A DNA stretch of 35,928 bases from Candidatus Poseidoniaceae archaeon (GTDB lineage: Archaea; Thermoplasmatota; Poseidoniia; Poseidoniales; Poseidoniaceae). This document shows positions 25,104 to 34,627 of this stretch, in pieces. Each line of letters starts with the position of its first letter. The first letter of the stretch is position 1. The stretch spans positions 1 to 35,928 of the forward strand of contig CBFIJH010000015.1 in NCBI GenBank assembly GCA_965662895.1, read 5' to 3'. Position numbers and translations under genes: made by a program. The notes beneath the pieces are model-generated. The model was not told the DNA's origin. It did no database searches and worked only from the letters and a program-made list of their open reading frames with translations.

Positions 25104-26099
25104 ATGACGATGTCGAACAACAACCTCCTCACGCCTGAACAGGCCCGTGAGATTCAGGAGCAATTGTTCGCAACCTATCGGCAGCAAACCAATCGGCATG
25201 TGCCCGTTCATCTTCCCCGCAAAGACTTCTGGGAGATGGTCAAGCGATTGCTGACGACACTCGATTTGCAAATCCACGACATGATTCGTAAACATGGAGC
25301 GGATCTCCGGGTACAAAACGAACAGAAACGGCAAGCGAACGTCCGCCATATTGCATCCGAATTGGCACGACGTCGTATGGTGGCCATGATGCAACATGCA
25401 TCCTCACAATCGCTTCGTATGGCGACAAGCGTCAGCGATGTTGCAACGCCATTGCCACCAATCAATTGGCAGAAGGCAGATGCTGCTGAACGCGCACTTT
25501 ACAATGCAATCGAAAAGGAAATGGACAAATTCAAGATGACCATTGGTTGGAGAGAGATGCAAGATGGTTTACGCGGAGAAATGGACTTCGTTGAACCAAA
25601 ACACAAGCCAGGAACCATGCAACTGGATGATTTTACCGATGAGGCATTAACCGATCGAGCCCCTCCAGCCTTGGTGTTTGAGGATGAGAAACCCGAACCG
25701 TTGGATACGTTCGAAGTTGATGAAGAAGACCGTATTGCAGCGCTTGAATGGGATGCATACGAAGCTGCACAACATCATCCTGCAGAAGATGAAGCAGAAG
25801 AGATGCCAGTACCGCTGCCACAAACCTCTGAACCTTCGAAAGAAGGTCGACATGGTGCTGCAATGGAATTGGCACCATCAGCCAATTCAACCATTAGCGA
25901 TGATTGGATGAATGAGGAAAAACCGGCAACTGAGGCCTTACCAAAAATTCGAATTCGAATCTTACAGACCGTTGACGAACCGATTGCAACTGCGGATGGT
26001 TCAGAATTAACGCTCAAAGCTGGCGATGTTCATAATCTGGATGAGACGATGGCTCAGTGGCTTATCGGTTCAGGCATGGCAGAAGCTGCCCCATTGTAA
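25104..26099 (+). CDS. ginS: DNA replication GINS subunit (Gins51-type, A-B order) with long acidic linker (start 25104 or 25110)
   Basis: A domain: LFATYRQQ..LP.KDFWEMV..RRRM..AERALYNAI; B domain: IRIRILQTVDEPIATADGSELTLKAGDVHNLDETMAQWLIGSGMAE. Confidence 0.8.
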   Translation: MTMSNNNLLTPEQAREIQEQLFATYRQQTNRHVPVHLPRKDFWEMVKRLLTTLDLQIHDMIRKHGADLRVQNEQKRQANVRHIASELARRRMVAMMQHASSQSLRMATSVSDVATPLPPINWQKADAAERALYNAIEKEMDKFKMTIGWREMQDGLRGEMDFVEPKHKPGTMQLDDFTDEALTDRAPPALVFEDEKPEPLDTFEVDEEDRIAALEWDAYEAAQHHPAEDEAEEMPVPLPQTSEPSKEGRHGAAMELAPSANSTISDDWMNEEKPATEALPKIRIRILQTVDEPIATADGSELTLKAGDVHNLDETMAQWLIGSGMAEAAPL

Positions 26100-26140
26100 G
26101 TCCAAGCATCGATGATGCTCGTTCTATGTGCGTGAACGCT

Positions 26141-26470
26141 TCAGTTAACCGTGCGCATTGAAAGTTCAATGGTTACCGAATCAGGAATATCGATTTTGGC
26201 AACCAAGCGAAGAGCGCTCTCGTCCTTTCCGGAGTTGATGTGCATCTCCAACAAGCGCTTGTGAACACGAAGTTCCCAGTGATCGTAGGTTTCGCTTCCT
26301 TCACCATCAGGTGCACGTCGGACAGGAACGACCAGACGGCGTGTTGGCAGAGGAATCGGACCTCGAAGCTTGGTATCGCTTTGCTCGCAAATGGTTCGAA
26401 TGTGGCCAGCAACTCGATCAATATCCGAATGGTTGTTGCCTGTCAACTTGATGACGGTAACGGCTGCCAT
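26141..26470 (-). CDS. rps10: 30S ribosomal protein S10 (uS10), archaeal type
   Basis: GPIPLPTRRL.VP.RRAPDGEGSETYDHWELRVHKRL; downstream of tuf; SD GGAGG. Confidence 0.96.
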   Translation of the reverse strand: MAAVTVIKLTGNNHSDIDRVAGHIRTICEQSDTKLRGPIPLPTRRLVVPVRRAPDGEGSETYDHWELRVHKRLLEMHINSGKDESALRLVAKIDIPDSVTIELSMRTVN

Positions 26471-26510
26471 ACTCTACTCCTCCAGTTGCAAATCAATGAG
26501 TGATGTTCAC

Positions 26511-27806
26511 TCACTTCTTCTCGATCTTGAGACAAACACCAGCTGCGACGGTCTTACCCATGTCACGGATAGCGAATCGGGACAACTCAGGGAAGGTGTC
26601 CATTTGCTCGATTGACATTGGCTTGGTCGGTTGGAATCGAATCAAACATGCATCGCCGTTCTTGAGGAACGATGGGTTTGCTTCCTTACCGTTCTTGTTG
26701 GTCTTCTCAAGGAGTTCCATGAACTTCACAGCAACTTGTGCAGTGTGTGCGTGGAATACTGGAGTGTATCCAACGGAAACAGCCTTTGGAATGTCCATAA
26801 GTTGGATTTGTCCAACGAAGTGCTCGTCGTGTCGAACGAAGGTTGGTTCGTTGTCAGCGTATCCAGCAACGTCACCACGGCGGATGTCGTCAGCTGCGAG
26901 ACCACGTACGTTGAAACCAACGTTGTCACCAGGCTCGGCCTTGTCGACCATTGTGTGGTGCATCTCAATCGACTTGACTTCACCAGACTTCTGGGACGGG
27001 TTGAATACAACGTTCTTACCAGTATTCAGAGTTCCAGTTTCGATTTTACCAACAGGGACTGTTCCGATACCAGAAATCTTGTAGACGTCTTGGATAGGGA
27101 GTCGGAGTGGCTTGTCGATTGGCTTGTTTGGCATTGCTGCAGCGTCAATCGCCTCGAAGAGGGTTGGTCCGTTGTACCATGGACACTTGTCGGACTTCTC
27201 GAAGACGTTGTCGCCGTTAAGGGACGAAGCAGGAATCATTGGAATGTTGTCGAGTTGAGAACCAAATCCAGCCATCTTGAGAAGTGCGGAGACTTCTGCA
27301 ACAGCAGCCTTGTACTTGTCCTCGGACCAGTCAACACCAGAAATGTCCATCTTGTTGACGTGGACGATGAGTTCCTTAACACCAAGAACCTTAGCAAGGA
27401 AAGCGTGTTCCTTGGTTTGGGCGTTGACACCGTCGTTTGCAGCACAGAGGAGAACCGCTGTGTCCGCTTGTGAAGCTCCGGTGATCATGTTCTTGACGAA
27501 ATCTCGGTGACCTGGAGCGTCGATAACGGTCCAGTAGTATTTCGGAGTAAAGAACTCCTTGTGAGCGACGTCGATGGTAATTCCACGCTCTCGCTCTTCC
27601 TTTAGACCGTCCATGACATATGCAAGACCAAATCCAGCCTTACCTGACTCAGCGGCGAGTTTTTCGTTCTTCTCGATAACGTGCGCTTCGATGTGACCTG
27701 AGTCGAGGAGAAGACGACCGACAGTGGTCGACTTTCCGTGATCGACGTGACCGACGAAGACGATGTTACGGTGTGGCTTGCTCTTATCTTCCCATTGTGA
27801 TGGCAT
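26511..27806 (-). CDS. tuf: Translation elongation factor EF-1alpha
   Basis: [88 protein letters not shown]. Confidence 0.98.
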   Translation of the reverse strand: MPSQWEDKSKPHRNIVFVGHVDHGKSTTVGRLLLDSGHIEAHVIEKNEKLAAESGKAGFGLAYVMDGLKEERERGITIDVAHKEFFTPKYYWTVIDAPGHRDFVKNMITGASQADTAVLLCAANDGVNAQTKEHAFLAKVLGVKELIVHVNKMDISGVDWSEDKYKAAVAEVSALLKMAGFGSQLDNIPMIPASSLNGDNVFEKSDKCPWYNGPTLFEAIDAAAMPNKPIDKPLRLPIQDVYKISGIGTVPVGKIETGTLNTGKNVVFNPSQKSGEVKSIEMHHTMVDKAEPGDNVGFNVRGLAADDIRRGDVAGYADNEPTFVRHDEHFVGQIQLMDIPKAVSVGYTPVFHAHTAQVAVKFMELLEKTNKNGKEANPSFLKNGDACLIRFQPTKPMSIEQMDTFPELSRFAIRDMGKTVAAGVCLKIEKK

Positions 27807-27910
27807 ACTAAATTACTCCTTAGCATCCCTGCGACAAATAACCCCTATTTGAAAGAGTCGGTGGAAATTGGCTGCAATTTTGTTGCGAACAGTGCCGTAG
27901 TCTCGCGGTT

Positions 27911-29101
27911 TTACTTGTAAATCAAAAGCAGCATGTAACGGTCGACCTGTTGCGTGTAGGTTTGATTGTTTGATACCGACATGCTCCAGTCGCCGTCGCC
28001 ATACGTCGAATCGGCTTCGGAATCGGTAAAGATGTACGATGACAACGTTAGCTCAACGCAGTATTTGTCGTCATCACAGCCTGAATCACGGGACTCGTAT
28101 TGGGCATTGTCGGTTGGTTCCGTCGAAGTTGCCTCATCGCCTTCCTCGTTGAATGCAACAAGATCGATTCGTCCGGGACAGGAAGCACCCGGCAAACACG
28201 GTTCGTCTTTGGCAGGATACATCATTTTGCCAACAACTTTCCTCACGGTGTTGTCTGCATCGTTGTCGTAATGGACTGTGAAATCAAAACCGAGTTGATT
28301 CGGATCTGATGAAGTCTTACGTCCAATTTCAAAATCAAGCCAGGAAGCGCCGAGTGAGACATAGACCTTGACGTCGTTGGAATCAACAAGTCCCTTGCCG
28401 TTGGTAATCGTCAACCCAACTTCGTACTCACCCGGTTGAACATCTTTCCAAACCGCCGTTTCGCCTTCAAGGTCGTTGTCGTTCGCAGGGTCACCATCAC
28501 CATCAGCATCGAATTCCAAATCCAAATCCCAGTGGTACGTTGAGATGTAATCGTCCGATGAACCAGAGGTCGAATCGCTAGCATCCAATTCAACGTCCGT
28601 TTGACCCTCAGCATCTCTTGAACTCATGGATTTATCCAAATCACAAATCCAAACGTGAATGTAGGAGCCTTCGTCCACATCTTCGCCTTCACAATCCTCC
28701 TCTGAGGAATAGGATGTGATCTCTGCAGCAGGTGGCATTGCGGTTGCATCCACAATGGTCAACGTCTTGGTTGTTGACTGGCTTTTCGAACCGTCACTAA
28801 CGATCAATTCGACCGTGTATTCACCAACCTCAGGGTAGGACCAATCTGCGATTCTACCCGTCGCATCGATGGAGTTGTCACCATCAAAGTCCCACTTGTA
28901 GGTCAATGCCACACCAGATGGCAAGGAATCTCGTGCATCGAAATCTATGGTTTGGCCTGCTCGAATGTTGGTTGCTGGCGAATAAGTGAATACGGCAACG
29001 ATTTCATCGCTGTTTTCGTCTTCTTCTGCGCCCATGCACCCAGCAAGTCCACCGATCATCATCAGCATTGCAAGGAAGGTTGCTTTGCGTACGGCTCCCA
29101 T
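27911..29101 (-). CDS. PKD-domain lipoprotein
   Basis: Lipobox LAGC after a hydrophobic stretch; PKD motifs FDARDS..YKWDFDGD, Y...GEYTVELIVSD; second PKD-like unit LDASDS..YHWDLD..PGEYEVGLTITN. Confidence 0.85.
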   Translation of the reverse strand: MGAVRKATFLAMLMMIGGLAGCMGAEEDENSDEIVAVFTYSPATNIRAGQTIDFDARDSLPSGVALTYKWDFDGDNSIDATGRIADWSYPEVGEYTVELIVSDGSKSQSTTKTLTIVDATAMPPAAEITSYSSEEDCEGEDVDEGSYIHVWICDLDKSMSSRDAEGQTDVELDASDSTSGSSDDYISTYHWDLDLEFDADGDGDPANDNDLEGETAVWKDVQPGEYEVGLTITNGKGLVDSNDVKVYVSLGASWLDFEIGRKTSSDPNQLGFDFTVHYDNDADNTVRKVVGKMMYPAKDEPCLPGASCPGRIDLVAFNEEGDEATSTEPTDNAQYESRDSGCDDDKYCVELTLSSYIFTDSEADSTYGDGDWSMSVSNNQTYTQQVDRYMLLLIYK

Positions 29102-29150
29102 GTTTTTGGCTGTCTTTCCGCCATTTAGAAGCCTTTTGCGTTTTGTTCAA

Positions 29151-31796
29151 CTAAAACGAGAACAAACTCGTCTGTCTGTTGCCGTCAAACAACTCTTTCG
29201 CGTTCCATCCGAAAGCTTCAGTGATCCGTCCGAGAGCTGCAGCCAATCGCTCCGCATAGAATCGTCCATCGTAACCAGGAATTCCTCCATCTTGCTCGGC
29301 TTCGATCCACGGATGGACCTGCATGGGTCGTTTTGAGGCATCCGTAACAACGTAGGAGATTTTCATGCCAGGAGTAAAACCAAGACCACGTTCAATCAAA
29401 ATTTTCGCTGCACGAACTTGAGCCATACTTTCTGGACGGGCATAATCTTTGGTAAAATCAACTTCGCCGTTGGATTGCATTCGTCCTTTGCACGATTTTG
29501 CAAGAATCAAGCGTCGAGCATCCACCTCGTGTTTTCTCAATGCTGCGACGCATTGACGAGCGTGTTTAACCAGGGCATCGCCTTCATCAGCAAGCGCGTA
29601 CGTGAACGTCTTTTTCATGGAGGTTGTCAGATACTCGAACGAATCCGTTCGTTGCGTTTCATAGCCACGTATCAACATCTCTTCGCTTGGCCATACGACT
29701 TGCCCAACGTACCGCTTCTTTGCTCCATGACTGAAGAACACGGAAAGGCCCTTCTCGTATTCGAGCACAGCAGAATCTCGACTGTATTGCTTGGCAATGT
29801 CAAGGCCAAAGTCGATCATCGCTTGTTTTGCAGCCTCGTAGGCTGCAATCGTGTCCTCATCATCGTCCTCCTTCAAGACGGAGGGTGACCCTTCTGGAAC
29901 AGGTGAACAAACGAAGATGGAATCCGTATCGGAATAGACAACGTGGTGGCCTTCATCCTCCAGTTTCTGAATGATGGTCTTGATGTTTTGACGCGCCCAT
30001 GCTGTGATGGATGAACCCAAATCCTTGTGGGTAAATCGATAGAAACCTGAAGCGAAAACACCGTAGAAGGAATTCATCATGATCTTCACCGCATACTGCA
30101 TCGAATCGTGAAATTCTTCTTTTTCGACCTGCTCATCTTTGCGGGCGAGTTTGATTTGCGCCTTATGCTCATCACGTTGATTCATCAAATCTTGAAGCAG
30201 GGTTGGAACCAATCCTTTGCGATGTTCAGCGCTCCAGAAAACGGCTTCCGTTGGTGAAACGTGTGTCGCATCACCTTCGCCGGGTTGTTCTGGATGCGAA
30301 GGGTCGATTCGCGTCGTGTAGCAGACATTGTTCCCAATCATAATGCTCGGATACATGCTCTTGAAATCCAGAACAGCAATCCATGGATGCAAGCCTGCTT
30401 CAACATCGTGAACGTAACCTCCGGTGATTTGACCCTCCTTCGCTTCAGCACTTCCCGTCAATGGAACAGCCACATTCTTGCGGTCGGCCAAGCGAATCAC
30501 AAGACTGTCGAGCAATTGCGATGTGCTTCCATTGGCAGCGGTTTCAAACGGCACTTTCGCAACCGCAGCAACAGCTTCTTTGCGGCGAATCGCCTGAATG
30601 GAATGAAGAATATCGAGCGGTAGGGCAGCATCTCGAACACAATATTCCATGACTTCATCGGGTCGAGTGGCCCATTCTTCGTCCATGTTCGATGCATCAA
30701 TGTCGATTTTCTGTTTGTCCTCTTCTTCTGGGAACAGCAAGCGAGCAATGAACGAGAGCGTTTCGCGTTGTGGACGCAGCGCTTGACGTGCCTGCCACCA
30801 AGCATCGACAATCGCACGTCCTGCAAGATTCCAAGCACGATTCGATTGACGTCGAGGAAGAACACCTGTTCTCGTTCGCTTGCATTCCGTTTCGAGATGC
30901 GGTGTACGACCCCATCCCAACAAATTGCTACGTGCCTGCCATTGTTTTCGGCTGGTATGGTAGTCCATCCGTTCGACCAATCGTGGAAAATCGAAGTTGT
31001 CGATGTTGTAACCTGTGATGATGTCCGGATCTTCGTCACGAACCATGGCGGTCATTTGTTCCATAATCAAGTCTTCAGCGCCGCGATATTCGTAGACTCG
31101 ACGAGAACCATCGATCATGTCCTCGACCCAAACAGCAGCACAGAGAATCGAATTGTTGGCAATGCTCGTCTCCAAATCGTAGGATAGAATGCGCCACGGA
31201 ACTTGAAACGGCTCGCTTTCTGTGACATTCTCAAGCTGAACAGAAACGGTACGATCGACTTGGTAACGACCAACACCACCGTGTTTGATGACACGGAGAT
31301 TGTGTTCACCATCCTCGTCATCGTGTCCTCGTTCATCAATCAAAAAGCCCTCAATGACGAGATGCATCCCCACGTCGTTATCTAAGAACATCCGATTAAG
31401 GAACGGGATGTCACCTGAATAAATGGTCCAACCTTGCTTCTGCAACTCACTACGAAGGGATGGAACATTGAACGGCTGGACCGCTTCAACGGTCCACAGA
31501 GGTTTCTCCCCCAGATCGGTCCACTTCCACTCAGGTCCACGAACGTCCATCACTTCGGAACGGCGGCGAATGCCTTCGATACGTCGCTCTTCTTCTTCGG
31601 TTACCGGCTGTTCTTTGCTCCGCTTTCCCATCGGTGCAATCTCAAATGTTGGTCGCAAACCAGAAACGAGAACACAGATTGACGAGCCGTCTTCACAACG
31701 ACCGAACAACTCGATGGTCGTCTGTGGAGCATCATCATCTCCATGCGAATGGTAACGTCCACTGACGACACCGAAGCGGCCCGACCATGCCTCCAT
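29151..31796 (-). CDS. polB: Family B DNA polymerase with 3'-5' exonuclease, no intein
   Basis: ExoI LSYDLET, ExoII GYNIDNFD, ExoIII YCVRDA; motif A DFKSMYPS, motif B K..MNSFYG, motif C YSDTDS, KKRY; C-terminal PIP box QTSLFSF. Confidence 0.97.
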   Translation of the reverse strand: MEAWSGRFGVVSGRYHSHGDDDAPQTTIELFGRCEDGSSICVLVSGLRPTFEIAPMGKRSKEQPVTEEEERRIEGIRRRSEVMDVRGPEWKWTDLGEKPLWTVEAVQPFNVPSLRSELQKQGWTIYSGDIPFLNRMFLDNDVGMHLVIEGFLIDERGHDDEDGEHNLRVIKHGGVGRYQVDRTVSVQLENVTESEPFQVPWRILSYDLETSIANNSILCAAVWVEDMIDGSRRVYEYRGAEDLIMEQMTAMVRDEDPDIITGYNIDNFDFPRLVERMDYHTSRKQWQARSNLLGWGRTPHLETECKRTRTGVLPRRQSNRAWNLAGRAIVDAWWQARQALRPQRETLSFIARLLFPEEEDKQKIDIDASNMDEEWATRPDEVMEYCVRDAALPLDILHSIQAIRRKEAVAAVAKVPFETAANGSTSQLLDSLVIRLADRKNVAVPLTGSAEAKEGQITGGYVHDVEAGLHPWIAVLDFKSMYPSIMIGNNVCYTTRIDPSHPEQPGEGDATHVSPTEAVFWSAEHRKGLVPTLLQDLMNQRDEHKAQIKLARKDEQVEKEEFHDSMQYAVKIMMNSFYGVFASGFYRFTHKDLGSSITAWARQNIKTIIQKLEDEGHHVVYSDTDSIFVCSPVPEGSPSVLKEDDDEDTIAAYEAAKQAMIDFGLDIAKQYSRDSAVLEYEKGLSVFFSHGAKKRYVGQVVWPSEEMLIRGYETQRTDSFEYLTTSMKKTFTYALADEGDALVKHARQCVAALRKHEVDARRLILAKSCKGRMQSNGEVDFTKDYARPESMAQVRAAKILIERGLGFTPGMKISYVVTDASKRPMQVHPWIEAEQDGGIPGYDGRFYAERLAAALGRITEAFGWNAKELFDGNRQTSLFSF

Positions 31797-31847
31797 AGCA
31801 ACGCCTCGGGCTCAACCGTCTTGAAACCAAGCCTTTGACCAGTTCAA

Positions 31848-33497
31848 TCAGACGTTGAGTTTTCTTCGGAATGAAACGGCAAACAACATTGCGAGTATGA
31901 GAAGCCAGACTTCGAATCCTGTTACGGATTCGTCATCGTCATCGTCATCACCATCATCCTCCCGAATCGTTGGGTCGTACGGAGCAAAATCGGAGTTGTC
32001 GCCAACACCATCAGAATCGGTATCCAACCATTCTGAAGCATCGAATGGGAAGGCATCAGCTTCGTCTGGGACACCATCACCATCAGAATCGAGGTATGGT
32101 ACAGTAATCATCACACTCAGGGATGTCAAAAGAACGGCTTCGTTGTTTGAATCGTAACCGTATGCATTGATGTACACCGATTGAATAATGGTCACGTTGG
32201 TTTGAATCGAATCCAACATCAATCCGAGCGAGAAAGCATCACCTTGTTCCAATCCATCGGAACGGTTCCACACACCATCAAGCCGGAGATCGTACTTGTC
32301 AACTGCAGAAGCATCAAACGACGTTTCGTTGAATGCGACCTCAACAAATGCTGGGCTCATTGTGGTCGCAAGAAGGGTTCCATTCACGAGCATGAAATCG
32401 GAATCGATAATGGTCAACAAATCTGGTGCTGTCAATTCGATTGAAGCTCCTGGGGGAGGTGCTGACCATACATCGGCGAGTGGGTCGTACGTCCATGCAC
32501 CATCCCATTGACAATCACCATCCTCATCGAGAATGAATTCGCCACCAGCGTTAATCGCATCTTCAGGAGCGACAAGGCCTTGGCAAGCCATAAGCGTGAT
32601 TTCAAACCAATGATAGGTGACCCATCGCTCGTCATTACCTTCGTAGGTTTTGATGTAAACGTGCACCGTCTCAGAGAGGTTTGTGTACAATTCGTCGAGT
32701 GATAATGGCATTGAGAAGGTGTCAGAGTCCGACAAAGCGCTCGAGCGCGCAAAGAGACCTTGGGTAACGAGATTGTACTTCTCTAAAGCAGACTTGTCGA
32801 AGTCATCCATTGAAAATGCAACTTCAACATAGACTTCACCCGTCTCAGAACCTGACATGAGCGTTCCGTTGATGAAGAACACATCCGCATCGGTCGAAGT
32901 CATGTTGTCCGATGCATCGAATTGGAAAGCAGGCTCATCATCGCCCCAGTCGTTTGGAACGACAACAAAGTACATTCTGAACTTGTCCGAGAACTTACCT
33001 GATGCGTCATAGACACGCAGTTCCATGCGGATCTGCGATTCTGCCGTACCTGAGTCATCAACGGTCACGTTTTGGAACTTGTACGAGAACAGTCCATTGC
33101 TGGCTGCTGATTCTTCAAAGGTATGACCTTCGAGGTTGAACGACGTGTCACCGTATGGTGCGTCGAAGAAGACCTTCCATTCGTAGGTAACAATTCCGTT
33201 GCTTCCGTCGATTGCGTCTGCATCGAAGGATTCACTCGCATCAAAGTGGAGAACGAGTTCACCTGTTTCTGTGAGAATAACTCGGTTCACGTCCCATTCT
33301 GTGTTGGATACTGTCTTGGTGCCGACGTACTCGACGTTGTCCATGTATTCCTCACGCATGTCGATACTCATATTCGCTTCAGGAGCGAAGTCATCTGTCG
33401 AAAAAACAGTAATTTCGTCGCCAAGTTCAGTCGGCTGAGGGTGTTGCACCAGTCCTGCAAGTAGCAGGAGAAGGCCCATCGCAAGTGCGGTTCTCAT
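31848..33497 (-). CDS. Surface protein: signal peptide, PKD-like domain, duplicated ~80-aa beta domain, TSP3 repeats, PGF-CTERM-like anchor
   Basis: FDASESFD..YEW; two NGTL..VEVAF..SA..KY.L..VYI..Y units; DSDGDGVPD/DTDSDGVGDN; VTGFEVWLLILAMLFAVSFRRK. Confidence 0.82.
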   Translation of the reverse strand: MRTALAMGLLLLLAGLVQHPQPTELGDEITVFSTDDFAPEANMSIDMREEYMDNVEYVGTKTVSNTEWDVNRVILTETGELVLHFDASESFDADAIDGSNGIVTYEWKVFFDAPYGDTSFNLEGHTFEESAASNGLFSYKFQNVTVDDSGTAESQIRMELRVYDASGKFSDKFRMYFVVVPNDWGDDEPAFQFDASDNMTSTDADVFFINGTLMSGSETGEVYVEVAFSMDDFDKSALEKYNLVTQGLFARSSALSDSDTFSMPLSLDELYTNLSETVHVYIKTYEGNDERWVTYHWFEITLMACQGLVAPEDAINAGGEFILDEDGDCQWDGAWTYDPLADVWSAPPPGASIELTAPDLLTIIDSDFMLVNGTLLATTMSPAFVEVAFNETSFDASAVDKYDLRLDGVWNRSDGLEQGDAFSLGLMLDSIQTNVTIIQSVYINAYGYDSNNEAVLLTSLSVMITVPYLDSDGDGVPDEADAFPFDASEWLDTDSDGVGDNSDFAPYDPTIREDDGDDDDDDESVTGFEVWLLILAMLFAVSFRRKLNV

Positions 33498-33607
33498 AGC
33501 GAAGCCTATTCACTGATAGAACATAACATAATCGTCAATTTCGCAAAAATTTGGTCAGCAAGAATTGAAAGCCGAATCTCTTTAGCCAAAGTCACGGGTT
33601 GGGGTTC

Positions 33608-34627
33608 ATGGCCAAAAATATCGATTGGGACAAACTGACGTTTTCGTTAACACCGACCGATACCATGTACGTGGCTGAAACCACAGGCGATGAGCCTTGG
33701 ATGCCCGGTGAATTGCGACCCTATGGCAACATTTCCATCTCACCAGCTGCAGGCGTCCTCAACTACGGTCAAGGTCTGTTTGAAGGGATGAAAGCCTATC
33801 GAACCGACAAAGATCGAATCGTCTTCTTCCGTCCGGATGAGAACGCTCGACGTATGCAACGTGGTGCGGATCGATTGAAGATGCCACCCGTTCCAGAATC
33901 GATTTTCATCGATGCGGTTGAACAAGTCGTTCAAGCCAACATTGACTGGGTTCCACCGATGGGGCGAGGTGCGATGTACGTTCGACCATTGTTGATGGGA
34001 AGTGGACCGGTTCTCGGTGTTGCTCCTGCTCCAAGTTATTCGTTCATGATTTACGTTACACCTGTTGGACCGTACTTCAAGGGAGGTATGCGTGCGATTG
34101 AATTGTTGATTTCCGATGAATTTCATCGAGCTGCTCCGGGTGGCTCAGGTGGCGTCAAAGCGATTGGAAACTATGCACCAGGTATGATGCCAAGCAAGAT
34201 GGCCAAGGCATCTGGCTATGCTGAAGTCATCTATCTCGATGCTCGAACCAGCACCTACATCGAAGAAGTTGGTGCTGCAAATTTCTTCTGCATCAAGGAC
34301 GAGGTCCTCTACACGCCTGAATTGACAGGAACCATTCTTCCCGGAATCACCCGAGATTCCATCATTGCACTGGCTCGTCACATGGGCTACGAGGTGGTTG
34401 AAGAGAAGGTCCGTGCTGAATTTGCCATGTCTGCGGATGAGGCATTTTGCTGTGGAACAGCAGCCGTCATCTCTCCAATCGGCAGCATCACCCATGGTGA
34501 TACAAAAGTCACCTATGGTGATGGAACGCCAGGAACGATTACGACAACGCTCTACGACAAACTCACAGGCATTCAGAACGAAACCGAAGAAGACATCTTC
34601 GGATGGTTGCACGAAGTCCCTCTGTGA
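33608..34627 (+). CDS. ilvE: Branched-chain amino acid aminotransferase (class IV PLP, group II type); start 33608 preferred
   Basis: LNYGQGLFEGMKAYR, FRPDENARR, YVRP, VKAIGNY (PLP Lys), EEVGAANFF, ILPGITRDS, GTAAVISP. Confidence 0.96.
   Translation: MAKNIDWDKLTFSLTPTDTMYVAETTGDEPWMPGELRPYGNISISPAAGVLNYGQGLFEGMKAYRTDKDRIVFFRPDENARRMQRGADRLKMPPVPESIFIDAVEQVVQANIDWVPPMGRGAMYVRPLLMGSGPVLGVAPAPSYSFMIYVTPVGPYFKGGMRAIELLISDEFHRAAPGGSGGVKAIGNYAPGMMPSKMAKASGYAEVIYLDARTSTYIEEVGAANFFCIKDEVLYTPELTGTILPGITRDSIIALARHMGYEVVEEKVRAEFAMSADEAFCCGTAAVISPIGSITHGDTKVTYGDGTPGTITTTLYDKLTGIQNETEEDIFGWLHEVPL

Noticed and set aside
24636-25397. 253-aa minus ORF spanning the divergent promoter
   Set aside because: Overlaps two well-supported genes; no recognisable features
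26105-26119. AGCATC-GAT-GATGCT hairpin between convergent ginS and rps10, and similar 5-6 bp repeats at 12641-12654 and 27865-27880
   Set aside because: Too short to distinguish from chance
26500-27473. Long + strand ORFs (194 aa, 280 aa) antisense to tuf
   Set aside because: Shadow ORFs from strong codon bias in a highly expressed gene; no motifs
29060-29101. Tat signal in the PKD lipoprotein (VRKATFL)
   Set aside because: No twin arginine; only the LAGC lipobox is supported
29151-31796. PolB as inactive, intein-containing or of mobile (casposon/viral) origin because of YSDTDS
   Set aside because: Catalytic Asp residues and exonuclease motifs are intact, there is no intein-sized insert, a PIP box is present and the neighbours are housekeeping genes
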